A stretch of 64,000 nucleotides of DNA. Origin: Candidatus Hermodarchaeum yapensis (lineage in GTDB: Archaea > Asgardarchaeota > Hermodarchaeia > Hermodarchaeales > Hermodarchaeaceae). The DNA lies in NCBI GenBank assembly GCA_016840405.1, contig JAEOSK010000003.1, positions 32,001 to 96,000 on the forward strand, written 5' to 3'. The notes under the pieces were generated by a model. That model ran no database searches. It was not told the DNA's origin and saw nothing but the letters and a program-made list of their open reading frames with translations. Shown piece after piece: positions 11,101 through 20,857 of the stretch (the first letter of the stretch is position 1; each line of letters starts with the position of its first letter). A program made the position numbers and the translations under genes.

Positions 11101-11860
11101 GGAAATCTTGTCATCTGTGCTTCCCAATGATGCAACGAAAAAACGCGCTGTGCGGTCAGCTTTTGGAGCTCTAGCCCCCGTTTATGATACATGGTATCAT
11201 ACTCCGTTAGGAAAATACGTCTGGACAGTTGAAGCTGCAGCAGTGCATGCAATGCTTCCTCCGAAAGTGAACGGTGTTGTTGTTGACATTGGTGTTGGTA
11301 CAGGAATGTCGTTGTCTCTCCTTCAACCATTTTCCTCGCAAATTGTAGGGGTGGATAACACTTGGCAGATGGTCAATATTGCGTATCAAAAGAACCAAGA
11401 AAATCAAGAGGTGCATTTGGTTATTGGGGATGGAGAGAACTTACCCTTCCGAAGAAACGTTGCTGATCTCATAATAGGAATGACTGTGCTTGAATTTGTG
11501 CCGAATCCTGACCGTTTCTTAAAAGAGGTGCAAACCTGTCTTCATCCAAAAAGATGGTTAGTATTAGGAGTATTAACATCCACAAACCTATGGGCATTGG
11601 AACGTAGAATCCGAAGTTTAGCCCAACAAAACGTCTTTAGCCATGCCCAATTTCCGAGCCCCTGGCAGTTAATCCGGAGACTCTATCAAAATGGATTTCA
11701 TCGTGTTCATTATCGAGGCGCCGTTTATGCACCAACATTTACACCTAAGAGGTGTTTAGCAACCTTTTCTCGGCTGGACGGTATATTGGGAAATCGATGG
11801 GTAAGTCGATCCTTAGGTGCATTTAGCGTTGTTCAAGCCCGTTCTGCTGAGACTAAGTAA
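11093..11860 (+). CDS. Class I SAM-dependent methyltransferase
   Basis: VVDIGVGTG motif I, GVD, GDGENLPF. Confidence 0.9.
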   Translation: MSEEILSSVLPNDATKKRAVRSAFGALAPVYDTWYHTPLGKYVWTVEAAAVHAMLPPKVNGVVVDIGVGTGMSLSLLQPFSSQIVGVDNTWQMVNIAYQKNQENQEVHLVIGDGENLPFRRNVADLIIGMTVLEFVPNPDRFLKEVQTCLHPKRWLVLGVLTSTNLWALERRIRSLAQQNVFSHAQFPSPWQLIRRLYQNGFHRVHYRGAVYAPTFTPKRCLATFSRLDGILGNRWVSRSLGAFSVVQARSAETK

Positions 11861-12839
11861 TTTCTGAAGTAAAACGTTTGTATGGATCCTCTCCTGGTTC
11901 GAGCGGTTTGGACTTGTCGGGATATTCGATGATAATTCGTTTCTTTCTAGTAAAATGACCGATCACCGCTGCTTGTCGGTTGCAGGCTTTTGCTGCGTGA
12001 ATAATTTCGTCGGCAGATTCAATCGTGGAGATTATGAGAAAACTCCCGAAGGAAGAACAATGGAGGGGATTCCATTTCAGATATTCAAACAGTTGGATAC
12101 CAATCTCATCCCAAGGAACAGCATCGTATTGTATTGTAATTCCATAGCCTGTTGCCGTTTGCAGTTCCTTAAGCCCCGTGGTGAGTCCTCCCTCAGCTAA
12201 ATCATGTAAGAGGAGTAAATGGTCTCGAGGTAGACTATTCACAACGGGCACAATAGAGAAGGGTGAAAGGTCCATGGCGAGAGCTTCTAGTTGGGAGCGG
12301 GATAGAATTGCATCAACATGTGAAGGGGCAACATTGGCTAGAAACCATAAGGTTTCTCGTGTGACAGGACCAACTGCGATAATGACATCATCGGCTTTGA
12401 TTTCATTTGGTTGAAACGGCTCGCCCGTAATGACGCCAAAACAAGTTGTGCTGATTATTGGAACTTGCAATCCGTCGTATCCACCGGTATGCCCGCCAAC
12501 AACTTTGAGGTTGAGTTGGTTTGCTTCATTACCAAGTTGTTGTAAAGTATTGGTAAGCCAACTCTCTTCAGTTTCAGGTGGATAGTAAATTCCCAGATTT
12601 AGAAATTGAGGTGTTCCTCCCGACATAGCTACATCTGTAGCAGAATAGTGAACCGCAAAGAACCCGTAGAACTGGAGAGGAATACCAATTACTGGATCGG
12701 AGGCAACAACTAGATTGCCTTGAACCGTGGTAGTTGCATAATCCAGAGTAACTTTTCGAGGATCATCAATACGTGGAATGTGAGGAAACACGAGTCGTTC
12801 TAAATCAGGTAAATGCAGTTTGCCTTTAGGAAGGGTCAT
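11853..12839 (-). CDS. AIR synthase-related (PurM/HypE/ThiL superfamily) protein
   Basis: MTLPKGKL, ASDPV, DVAMSGG.P, VVGGHT, HDLAEGGL. Confidence 0.85.
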   Translation of the reverse strand: MTLPKGKLHLPDLERLVFPHIPRIDDPRKVTLDYATTTVQGNLVVASDPVIGIPLQFYGFFAVHYSATDVAMSGGTPQFLNLGIYYPPETEESWLTNTLQQLGNEANQLNLKVVGGHTGGYDGLQVPIISTTCFGVITGEPFQPNEIKADDVIIAVGPVTRETLWFLANVAPSHVDAILSRSQLEALAMDLSPFSIVPVVNSLPRDHLLLLHDLAEGGLTTGLKELQTATGYGITIQYDAVPWDEIGIQLFEYLKWNPLHCSSFGSFLIISTIESADEIIHAAKACNRQAAVIGHFTRKKRIIIEYPDKSKPLEPGEDPYKRFTSEIT

Positions 12840-12906
12840 GTTGATGGCAACTCCGTAGGTGATTGCAGCGTTTCAAGTTATAACGAATGTGGTAAAGCCG
12901 CAAACC

Positions 12907-13869
12907 TTACTCTAATGCATTCTGGGATTTTCTTCGTTGTTGGAGACGTGGTTCTATGGCAATGAGGGCAGTAGCGAGGAGTATTAGTGCTGCACCAATA
13001 GCCTGCAAAGAGGCCACGGGTTGACTGAGGAAAATGACTCCAAAAATTACAGAGCTTATTGGGTCTAACAGTAGGATGATTGAAGCTGCAGCTGCATCGA
13101 TCCCCTCAACTCCGACGTTTGTGAGTGTATATGGTATTGCAGTAGAAATTAGCGCGAAACCCACAAGGAGAAGCCAAGTGTGAGGGGGAAGAAAGAGTTG
13201 AAATCCACTTACACGAGGGTCGGTTATGAAGAGGCTGAGAATGAGCATGAGGGGGCCTGTCCAGAGCATTGCGAAAAAGAATCCCCAGAAGGTGGTTATA
13301 GTGGGGCGATAGCCTTCAAAACTTCCCCATTTTCGTCCTAGGATCATGTAACACGCTGCAAAGACCGCATTTGACAGAGCAAGAATTATTCCAGCAATGG
13401 GAACTGCAGCGATGTAGGGAGTGATTGGAAGGGAGACTACTATTGCACCAATAATTGATAACGGTACGGCGATGAGGCGGATTGGTGTGAGGGATTCTTG
13501 GAGAAAAACCCGCCCAAGAAGCAGTGTAATGGCAGGGTATAGATATGTCAAGGAAACTGCAATAACCACAGGTGTACCAATGGCAATCGCTGTTACGTAT
13601 ACAATGATTGACATGGCAATGGCGATTAATCCATAGATAACAAACTGAATCAGGTGTTCGCGACGAATCAGGATGTTCCGAAAGGCAAAAGTTATGCCTA
13701 GACCAATGAACAGAAAGAACACAGTAAAAAGAATCCGGAAGAATGCTTGTTGTAAGGACGGGACACCCAGGTCGGTTAGATAAAACGCGAATACGGGGAT
13801 GGTTCCGAAACAGACGGCGGCAATAACAAGGCTGAGATAGTTCTTGAATCGGGATTCTGTCATCAACAC
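12907..13869 (-). CDS. DMT/EamA family transporter
   Basis: About 10 TM segments in two EamA repeats (FLQE / FLSQ). Confidence 0.9.
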   Translation of the reverse strand: MLMTESRFKNYLSLVIAAVCFGTIPVFAFYLTDLGVPSLQQAFFRILFTVFFLFIGLGITFAFRNILIRREHLIQFVIYGLIAIAMSIIVYVTAIAIGTPVVIAVSLTYLYPAITLLLGRVFLQESLTPIRLIAVPLSIIGAIVVSLPITPYIAAVPIAGIILALSNAVFAACYMILGRKWGSFEGYRPTITTFWGFFFAMLWTGPLMLILSLFITDPRVSGFQLFLPPHTWLLLVGFALISTAIPYTLTNVGVEGIDAAAASIILLLDPISSVIFGVIFLSQPVASLQAIGAALILLATALIAIEPRLQQRRKSQNALE

Positions 13870-13903
13870 TCACCTTGTTTTGCCAAATGCTCTAAGGTGT
13901 ATC

Positions 13904-14506
13904 TCATGATATCTGTGGTTTAAGTAATGATATGGCTTTGCCTCCCTTTCGAAGGGCGGTAAGATTTTGTTTCTCGAAGCGCCGTAATTTTGAGTCAATT
14001 TTAATCGTTTTTTCCAAGAGGCGTTTATCTACTCGGTCATCAACAGCAGCAAGAGCTCCAAGCGAAGCAATACCAATATAACGGACATGCCCTAATTCCT
14101 CGGCGATTTGTCGAATTCCAATCTGGTAGATTTTTGTACCGTTATGATGGGCGAGACCGGCGAGTCCCATTTTCACTGTGGGTTCTTCAAGGATTTCTGA
14201 TTCGATTAATAGAAAATCGCTACTCAAATCTGGACTTAAAGAACAGCACTTTCGGAAAGCCGGGGTTGACAAGACGAGGAGGACACTAGGTTTGTCAAAG
14301 CCAAGTTCGTAAATCGGGTCCGTAGAAATTGTTAGATCTGCTGTGCATGCGCCTCCACGGGCAGCCGCACCATGTGATTCGGTCTGAAGAACATGGAAGC
14401 CTTTCTGTGTAAAGGTTAAGCCTAGAATACGGCTGGCAGTAACGACACCATAACCACCATATCCAGCAAAGCGAATTGTGAGATTCATTCTTGTAACACC
14501 TTTCAT
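13904..14506 (-). CDS. korC: 2-oxoacid:ferredoxin oxidoreductase gamma subunit
   Basis: IRFAGYGGYGVV, ESHGAAARGG. Confidence 0.9.
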   Translation of the reverse strand: MKGVTRMNLTIRFAGYGGYGVVTASRILGLTFTQKGFHVLQTESHGAAARGGACTADLTISTDPIYELGFDKPSVLLVLSTPAFRKCCSLSPDLSSDFLLIESEILEEPTVKMGLAGLAHHNGTKIYQIGIRQIAEELGHVRYIGIASLGALAAVDDRVDKRLLEKTIKIDSKLRRFEKQNLTALRKGGKAISLLKPQIS

Positions 14507-14507
14507 G

Positions 14508-15395
14508 CTAGCCCCAGAGTTCTTGAAGATTATCGATGAGAGTTGGTCGCTGTTCTCTTAGAAAAACCCCAAGTTCGATTTCTCTGTCTTTGAAGACCAT
14601 CTTATACCGTGGGTGCCCATTGGATTCCCCAGTTTTTTTGCCTTTGAAAGCTTTCAACATCCAAGCGCCGGGATATTGTTGGAATTGTTCTAATTCGTCG
14701 GAAGAAAGTGAGTTTTGATATTCAGTGAAGAAGCGAGCGGCGTAGGTTGGGCATTGAGCGAGGATTTCTACAAAGGCGAATCCAGGGTGCAGTATTGTCT
14801 CTTTTAGAGTAGATATGAGTTCATTGACATAGAAGGTGGTCCACCGGGCAACATAGCTAGCCCCTGCACCTAGCATTAATTGGCAAAGGTCGAAAGGGGC
14901 TTCGGGATGTTTTGGATACGTTGAGGTTCGAACATGGAGTGGAGTGGTGGGTGCAGATTGTCCTCCTGTCATGCCATAGTTGAAGTTATTGACAAGGATC
15001 ACCGTCATTGGGATATTTCGTCGTGCCGCGTGAATGAGATGGTTCCCACCGATTGCAGCCCCGTCACCATCGCCTGTGAAGACGGTGACCTTTAGCTTTG
15101 GATTCATAACCTTTGCACCCGTGGCAAATGCAATTGCGCGACCATGGGTTGTATGAAGGGTATCGGCCCGAAAATGGGGGCTGGGTATCCATGCTGAGCA
15201 ACCAATACCAGAGACAGCAAGTAATTCTCTTTGACGTAGTTCCTTTGCTGTAACTAGTTCATCAACTGCTCGAACAAAGGAATTAAGGATAGTGCCATTT
15301 CCACACCCGGCACAAAATGATGTGGGGAGGTTGCGGAGATAGCGATCACGGTAATATTTTTGGGGAGTTCCAAGTCGTGTTTGGGGTTTACTCAT
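14508..15395 (-). CDS. korB: 2-oxoacid:ferredoxin oxidoreductase beta subunit (TPP-binding)
   Basis: FCAGCG, SGIGCS, HTTHGRA, GDGD...NN, YGMTGGQ, QCPT. Confidence 0.95.
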   Translation of the reverse strand: MSKPQTRLGTPQKYYRDRYLRNLPTSFCAGCGNGTILNSFVRAVDELVTAKELRQRELLAVSGIGCSAWIPSPHFRADTLHTTHGRAIAFATGAKVMNPKLKVTVFTGDGDGAAIGGNHLIHAARRNIPMTVILVNNFNYGMTGGQSAPTTPLHVRTSTYPKHPEAPFDLCQLMLGAGASYVARWTTFYVNELISTLKETILHPGFAFVEILAQCPTYAARFFTEYQNSLSSDELEQFQQYPGAWMLKAFKGKKTGESNGHPRYKMVFKDREIELGVFLREQRPTLIDNLQELWG

Positions 15396-16528
15396 GCTGC
15401 ATCAGCCTCCTGAATGCGTTTTATGATTTCATTCGAATGATGAACTTCTCCAGCGACCTTCGGCACACTCTCAACATTTGCGTGGCATGCTACTCGAGCG
15501 ATTTCGTTGACCATCATGCCCATATTCATTTCGACAACAAGAACATGGTGAACATCTTTCATGAGTTCTGATAGGTGTAATTCTGGAAGTGGCCATAGCG
15601 TTTTCAGTCGGATGAACCCAACAGCCGTTCCTTCCTCTCTGGCTGTTTGAACGGCTTGATAGGCAGGTCGTGCAGCCGCTCCAAAACTTAGCACAATAGT
15701 GTCTGCACCTTCAAGATTGAAGGTTTCCAAGTCCAGCTTCTCTTTTCGTAACATTGCACCTGCTGCCTGATTCTTTTTGAAAATCCACTTAATGGTGGCC
15801 CGGAGGAATTGGGGAGAGTAATCGCGAACACCAGTAGGTCGATGGGCAGAACCAGTGACAAGGAGATTGTGTCCATCACCAAAGCGTGGCATTTCATACC
15901 GTAGAAAAGTCTCCTCGGGACGTGGATGTTTTTTCGTCAGTTTTTCACGGTTGATTACTTCCATCTCACCTGATTCCGGAATTTTTAACGGTTCACGCAT
16001 GTAACTGACTTCGCCATCTGTCATAATGAGTGTCGGTGTTCGGAAACGTTCCGCGTAGTTGAATGCATGGATTGTGAAATTGAACATTTCTTGAACAGAC
16101 CAAGGGCAAAAGGCGATGGGAGCAATATCACCGTGGGTGCCATACCGGGCTTGCATAATGTCTTGTTGACCAGGCATCGTGGCTTGACCGGTGCTTGGTC
16201 CGGATCTTTGAGCATCGACGACCACGAGGGGTGTTTCTGTATGGTAAGCGTAGCCGAGATTTTCCTGCATTAAACTAAAGCCGGGACCTGAAGTGGCAGT
16301 CATGGTTTTACCACCTGCCCATGAAGCACCAATGATGGCTGCTATTGAAGCGATTTCATCTTCCATTTGGAGATAATACCCTTTCACTTGCGGGAGGCGT
16401 AAAGCCATGTGCTCAACAATACTATTCGCAGGAGTAATTGGATAACCGGCGAAAAAGCGACATCCTGCATAGATTGCACCTTCCGCACATGCGGTTCCTC
16501 CATCAACAAAATGTACACCGGGTTTCAT
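15392..16528 (-). CDS. korA: 2-oxoacid:ferredoxin oxidoreductase alpha subunit
   Basis: FFAGYPITP, QMEDE, TATSGPGFSLM, QRSGPSTG, VEMNMG. Confidence 0.95.
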   Translation of the reverse strand: MKPGVHFVDGGTACAEGAIYAGCRFFAGYPITPANSIVEHMALRLPQVKGYYLQMEDEIASIAAIIGASWAGGKTMTATSGPGFSLMQENLGYAYHTETPLVVVDAQRSGPSTGQATMPGQQDIMQARYGTHGDIAPIAFCPWSVQEMFNFTIHAFNYAERFRTPTLIMTDGEVSYMREPLKIPESGEMEVINREKLTKKHPRPEETFLRYEMPRFGDGHNLLVTGSAHRPTGVRDYSPQFLRATIKWIFKKNQAAGAMLRKEKLDLETFNLEGADTIVLSFGAAARPAYQAVQTAREEGTAVGFIRLKTLWPLPELHLSELMKDVHHVLVVEMNMGMMVNEIARVACHANVESVPKVAGEVHHSNEIIKRIQEADAA

Positions 16529-16773
16529 TCTTCTTCCACCTCAACCATGATTGCGGCATCTGGACATCGTTTTTCACACAGTCGACAGGCCACTCCCTCC
16601 TTTCCGCGAACGAGCATGCACCGCGTTTCACCACCCTCAATTAGACAGGGACTATGACCACCCCAAGCGGTAGGCTCATCCTCTTCCAAGACCTTTGTTG
16701 GACAAAAGAGGATGCAAATTTCACAGCCCTTACAGAGTTCCCGATTAACGGTAATCTTGACCTGTCGTGTGAT
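16525..16773 (-). CDS. korD: 2[4Fe-4S] ferredoxin, 2-oxoacid oxidoreductase delta subunit (non-canonical start)
   Basis: Absent from the ORF track. Manual translation: ITRQVKITVNRELCKGCEICILFCPTKVL...RCMLVRGKEGVACRLCEKRCPDAAIMVEVEEE*. Its TGA overlaps the korA ATG. No ATG/GTG/TTG lies upstream of the first Cys motif; ATC 16773 or ATT 16779 follows a GGGGGA RBS. Confidence 0.88.
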   Translation of the reverse strand: MTRQVKITVNRELCKGCEICILFCPTKVLEEDEPTAWGGHSPCLIEGGETRCMLVRGKEGVACRLCEKRCPDAAIMVEVEEE

Positions 16774-16874
16774 GTTAATATCCCCCTGAAATCAATTGGA
16801 CGTGAGTTCTCAGCGCTGGTGAATTGGTCTGGCTACCTAAAGTTTTATGGAATGGACATATGCACAATTTTTGA

Positions 16875-17096
16875 TTATAATTTTGTGCCTTCTGGTTTAC
16901 GAAGAAGTTGGTCAATCCCCCAACCACATATAAACGCACCAATAATAGCTGAAATAATTGCAAATGCAACAAGTAAAGGTTGTCCGAGGAATACAGCAAA
17001 AAAGGCAATGATGATTGCATTGACAAACATAGCACCAAACAATATGACCTCAATTTTAATTCGAGCGCGTCCTGATTTCACAAACTCACTCCCCAA
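16875..17096 (-). CDS. Small two-TM membrane protein
   Basis: 73-aa ORF with two hydrophobic helices and basic termini. Confidence 0.55.
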   Translation of the reverse strand: MGSEFVKSGRARIKIEVILFGAMFVNAIIIAFFAVFLGQPLLVAFAIISAIIGAFICGWGIDQLLRKPEGTKL

Positions 17097-17157
17097 ATTA
17101 AGAAATCATAATGGATATTTTTGCTCAGTACTTTATTATTGTAATTGTTGAATATTG

Positions 17158-17219
17158 AAAAAGAAGTTTTTTGACCAAACACAAACCCGACATCTTATGC
17201 AACACATTTTGGGAAAGAT
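17158..17219. repeat. Copy 1 of an imperfect ~60-bp intergenic direct repeat
   Basis: aagaagttttttgaccaaacacaaacccgacatcttatgcaacacattttgggaaaga aligns with 18081-18140. Confidence 0.8.
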
Positions 17220-17273
17220 TACATACGATTTTGTCTTCTAAATTTGTGGTGATTGGGACTCGTTATGCTTCAA

Positions 17274-17933
17274 TTATTGCCTTCTGGTGACGATGTACCA
17301 GATGAGGATGAGCCATACTCCGATATTGGCTATGAGTCCAGTGTTGAGAAGGTAGACATTTGGGATATCAGGGATTACGAGTCCGATGTAGAAGAACAGG
17401 AGTCCGGCGAAGAGGATGAACGCGGTTTTCTCTGTGGTGGCTTTTAGAAGGACGACAGCAAAGGCGAAGATGAAAACAATCGTCAGAAATACTGTGCTGG
17501 TGACAAAGTGAGTATTGGGGTTGAAGAAGAATTCAAGGTATAAGTATGACCCGAGGAAGATGACCCACAGGATGAATCCTGCTATGGCTAAGATGAGTTT
17601 TCGTTCGTGGAGCCATTCGGGGCGTGAAATGGCAAGGGTCCAACACGCGAGTAGGATTATCGCTGCCCCGAAGAATGCTACAGAGGTGGTTGCATAGGCG
17701 GTTCCCCCGAAGCCAGGTATTGGGAAACCTAGGAGAATGTTAAAATAGACACTGACAGTCCACATTGCATAGACGATGGCGAGAAGGGTGAAGGTGACTA
17801 ACCCGAAGAGGGCGGTTCTGCGTTCCTGCCCTTCCTTTTTTCGAGTCTCAATCAGATAGAGTAGACTAAGAAGCAAACAAGGAATGAACAATAAGATGTT
17901 TGAAAGGAGAAATAACATTTCAAAAATTTGCAC
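17274..17933 (-). CDS. Multi-pass (about 7 TM) membrane protein of unknown function
   Basis: 219 aa, GTG start with GGAGGG RBS, strongly hydrophobic. Confidence 0.8.
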   Translation of the reverse strand: MQIFEMLFLLSNILLFIPCLLLSLLYLIETRKKEGQERRTALFGLVTFTLLAIVYAMWTVSVYFNILLGFPIPGFGGTAYATTSVAFFGAAIILLACWTLAISRPEWLHERKLILAIAGFILWVIFLGSYLYLEFFFNPNTHFVTSTVFLTIVFIFAFAVVLLKATTEKTAFILFAGLLFFYIGLVIPDIPNVYLLNTGLIANIGVWLILIWYIVTRRQ

Positions 17934-18080
17934 TCAATCCCTCCAATGAAGAGGGGTGAACAGTTGTCCTTTAAAAAGGATTCCCTGAAGGCAGGACTAC
18001 TCGATTAGCTTGCGTTGTGAAGCACTGTATCATAATGGTAGACTTTTCTTCTATGTAGGTGTAAATACCATTATCCATAG

Positions 18081-18140
18081 AAAAAGGAGTTTTCGACCCA
18101 AAACAAACCCGACATTTTTTGAAACACATTTATGGATAGA
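18081..18140. repeat. Copy 2 of the ~60-bp intergenic direct repeat
   Basis: aaaaaggagttttcgacccaaaacaaacccgacattttttgaaacacatttatggataga. Confidence 0.8.
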
Positions 18141-19532
18141 CAACACGAACACCACCCTATGACAGCCGCTTCTGGCAGGCGCCTTCCACGTTGGCTTACA
18201 GCAGTTTTCATGTTCATATTGACCTTTGTACTCACCGGGCTTACATACTACATTGATATTTTTGGAGCCCTTTATTATTATATTATCATCCTTCTTGCTG
18301 TTGGACTCTGGCTTTACGTTGATAAGCAACCTCCTGAAGAAATCGGTGTTAAGTTTGACCGCCATTGGTTGCTGCAACTCATTTTTGGTTCAGTATTAGC
18401 CAGCATTGTGATTGGGCTCGTCATTTGGTTTGAAGCCCTCATGGGATGGATCACTCTTACTCCATACTTCCTGTTCGAATCACCTTTGTTCATCGTAGGG
18501 CTATTAGCAGTATACGCTATCAATCAAGGTGTTGTCGCCTTTTCTGAGGAACTATTGAGTCGGGGATACCTTCAACAGAATCTGGCTACCCGAATTTCCA
18601 CACCCCTCGCAATTCTTATTACGAGCATCATGTTTTCCTCATTTCATATCTGGAGTATGTTGTATTACGCAATTCCACCCATTAACGCGAGTATTATGTT
18701 TTTCAACATCGTCCTTGGCGGAATAATGTTTGGCGTAGCATTTGTGTGGACGCGAACCCTCTGGTTGCCCATGGGGCTTCATTATGGTTGGAACTTCATG
18801 CTGTATCATATCGCTGGATTCAGAGACGAGGGACTTTTTCAAGCCCAAAATATCGGACCCAATATCCTGACAGGGGGAACCGTTGGACCCGAAGCAGGAT
18901 TGATGGGCACCATCGCTTTCGTTTTTCTAATCATCATTATTTGGATCTGGGCAAAGGCTTCTGATGGACAACTCATGCGAACATTCGACCGAAAACACCT
19001 TCTCCTGTTTCTCTTTGGATTCTTAGTTGTAGCAATTCCAGTCATGATTGGTGTTGTTGTTGCAGGCTTTGGATTAGCCCTCGTTTTTTGGTTAATATTC
19101 TTGATTCTCTTTTTGCAGGTCTGGGAAAATCGTATTCTGTGTAGCCACTGTCCCTATTATGCGTCCGAGGATCGGATTCTGCGGTGCCACGCAAATTATG
19201 GATTGTTCAAACTCTGGAAATATAATCCAGGACCGATGAGCTGGTCAGAACAGATTCAGATGATTGGTGGCGTCAGTATTCTCATCGGCTTCCCTTTTCC
19301 CTTCCTAATCATTGGACAACAGTGGCTCTACCTAATTCTTGCTTCTCTGGGAGCCGTTGTATTTGCAACGATTCTATTTGGTTGGCTATGTCTCAGGTGT
19401 GTGAATTTTTCCTGTCCTTTTAATCGAGTCCCAAAGGAGGTAGTTGATGGCTTTCTTAAAGAGAATCCGAAAATGCGAAAGGCCTGGGAGAAAAAGGGCT
19501 ATCGGCTGGGTCCAAAGAAAGATTTAGACTAG
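18132..19532 (+). CDS. CPBP (Abi/CAAX Rce1-like) intramembrane protease fused to a Cys-rich membrane domain
   Basis: EELLSRG, FSSFH, HYGWN. C-terminal CSHCPYY...CHAN...CLRCVNFSCPFN. The start may be ATG 18159. Confidence 0.88.
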   Translation: MDRQHEHHPMTAASGRRLPRWLTAVFMFILTFVLTGLTYYIDIFGALYYYIIILLAVGLWLYVDKQPPEEIGVKFDRHWLLQLIFGSVLASIVIGLVIWFEALMGWITLTPYFLFESPLFIVGLLAVYAINQGVVAFSEELLSRGYLQQNLATRISTPLAILITSIMFSSFHIWSMLYYAIPPINASIMFFNIVLGGIMFGVAFVWTRTLWLPMGLHYGWNFMLYHIAGFRDEGLFQAQNIGPNILTGGTVGPEAGLMGTIAFVFLIIIIWIWAKASDGQLMRTFDRKHLLLFLFGFLVVAIPVMIGVVVAGFGLALVFWLIFLILFLQVWENRILCSHCPYYASEDRILRCHANYGLFKLWKYNPGPMSWSEQIQMIGGVSILIGFPFPFLIIGQQWLYLILASLGAVVFATILFGWLCLRCVNFSCPFNRVPKEVVDGFLKENPKMRKAWEKKGYRLGPKKDLD

Positions 19533-20152
19533 TCCTTCTGGAAGCGGAGTGCAAGCTGTGCTACTCGCTCGCCAACTAACTGACTATTTCGAACTGCAAC
19601 TTCATCTTTGGGTGTGCCCCGCCATGTGAAGCCTTCACTTTGGAGACCGGTCATTCCTGCCCAGGCCTCTGTGACTGGGTTGCCCACACCCCCTGCAACA
19701 ATCATCCCTTGCGCTAGAGCATAGTTGACAATTGTCTCTGCAGTAGTTTCCTGACCTCCATGCCGAAGCCCGGCAGCCACTATCACTCCCACAATCTTAT
19801 CTCGTAATCGGTGATCCTGCATTTTGAAGGTTCGAGAGCGATCAATCAGATTCTTTAACAATCCAGGAACGGTCCCGAAATAGGAAGGACTAGCAAAGAT
19901 GATGGCATCTGCATTCTCCATCTTATCAAGGACCTTGGACACATCATCTTTGGCATCTTCTGGACAAGGTTTTTTTCGCACGCAGTTGTCACAGCCAGTA
20001 CAGGGCAGGATTTCTTGGTCAGCTAGACGTAGAAGTTCGGTCTTTACTGATCCAGTTCCTGCTGCAGCTTCAAGGGCTTTCCCAAGAAGGAATTCAGAAC
20101 TGGATTTTTCCAGTTTAGGGGATCCACAAATACCCAACACTTTGATTGCCAT
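19529..20152 (-). CDS. Iron-sulfur flavoprotein / NADPH-dependent FMN reductase (flavodoxin family)
   Basis: GICGSP, CTGCDNC..KKPC, ASPSYFG, LKNLIDR, GGQE. Confidence 0.92.
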   Translation of the reverse strand: MAIKVLGICGSPKLEKSSSEFLLGKALEAAAGTGSVKTELLRLADQEILPCTGCDNCVRKKPCPEDAKDDVSKVLDKMENADAIIFASPSYFGTVPGLLKNLIDRSRTFKMQDHRLRDKIVGVIVAAGLRHGGQETTAETIVNYALAQGMIVAGGVGNPVTEAWAGMTGLQSEGFTWRGTPKDEVAVRNSQLVGERVAQLALRFQKD

Positions 20153-20227
20153 AGAATCACATCAGTGCTAAAGGGTAATAACTTCTATGAATCCCCCCAA
20201 TAGGTTTCCGGTGTGTGTTGAAAGAAG

Positions 20228-20857
20228 TTAACGAACTAGTTTTCGACGAAGGAGTTGCTCAATCCGCCGAAGATCACCAGGCGTATTGACGTTTGTAAAT
20301 GTTCGAAGTTTAGAATCAAATCGTTCAAGTGCTGAAGTCGAAAGAAAGATTACGCGACCAATATTCTCGATAAGGCATTGCATCCGAGGTTCTTGTTTCT
20401 CCAAACAAGAAGTGGCGATTTCTTGAGCGAGGGATGTATCAAATATTGAATGGAGTGGCTCCACCCACCCATTAGGCCAGCGGGGAACTGCAGCATGATG
20501 ATTTTCAATCATTCCCCACATAATTTCGATGTACATCGGATGAATAAGAGGGGAATCGCAGGGGAACAACTGTGTGAAGGGATACTTTGCATGACGAAAG
20601 GCTGATAACGCGCCTACCAAGGGACAACGAAACTCAGATACAACATCGGTAATGATTTGTTCTTCAGGAAAGTGTTTCGAAAAAGCATCACGATCTTGGT
20701 CAGAGTGCACGACGATGAAGATTTCACTTGCGTAGGCTTCACTTGCATCGACGACATGAAGGAAAAGGGGCTTTCCTGCAACGAGTGTGAGGGCTTTAGC
20801 TTGTCGAAACCGATTGCTTTCTCCTCCAGCTAAAATCGCGACACTCACAGGTTGCAT
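20228..20857 (-). CDS. mobA: Molybdenum cofactor guanylyltransferase
   Basis: ILAGGESNRF, KAL, PCDSP, EPLHS, NVNTPGDL. Start taken at ATG 20857; the track ORF starts at 20890. Confidence 0.9.
   Translation of the reverse strand: MQPVSVAILAGGESNRFRQAKALTLVAGKPLFLHVVDASEAYASEIFIVVHSDQDRDAFSKHFPEEQIITDVVSEFRCPLVGALSAFRHAKYPFTQLFPCDSPLIHPMYIEIMWGMIENHHAAVPRWPNGWVEPLHSIFDTSLAQEIATSCLEKQEPRMQCLIENIGRVIFLSTSALERFDSKLRTFTNVNTPGDLRRIEQLLRRKLVR

Noticed and set aside
16654-17151. 165-aa plus-strand ORF and other short overlapping track ORFs across the window
   Set aside because: They are antisense or alternate-frame shadows of well-supported genes (here korD and the 73-aa membrane ORF).
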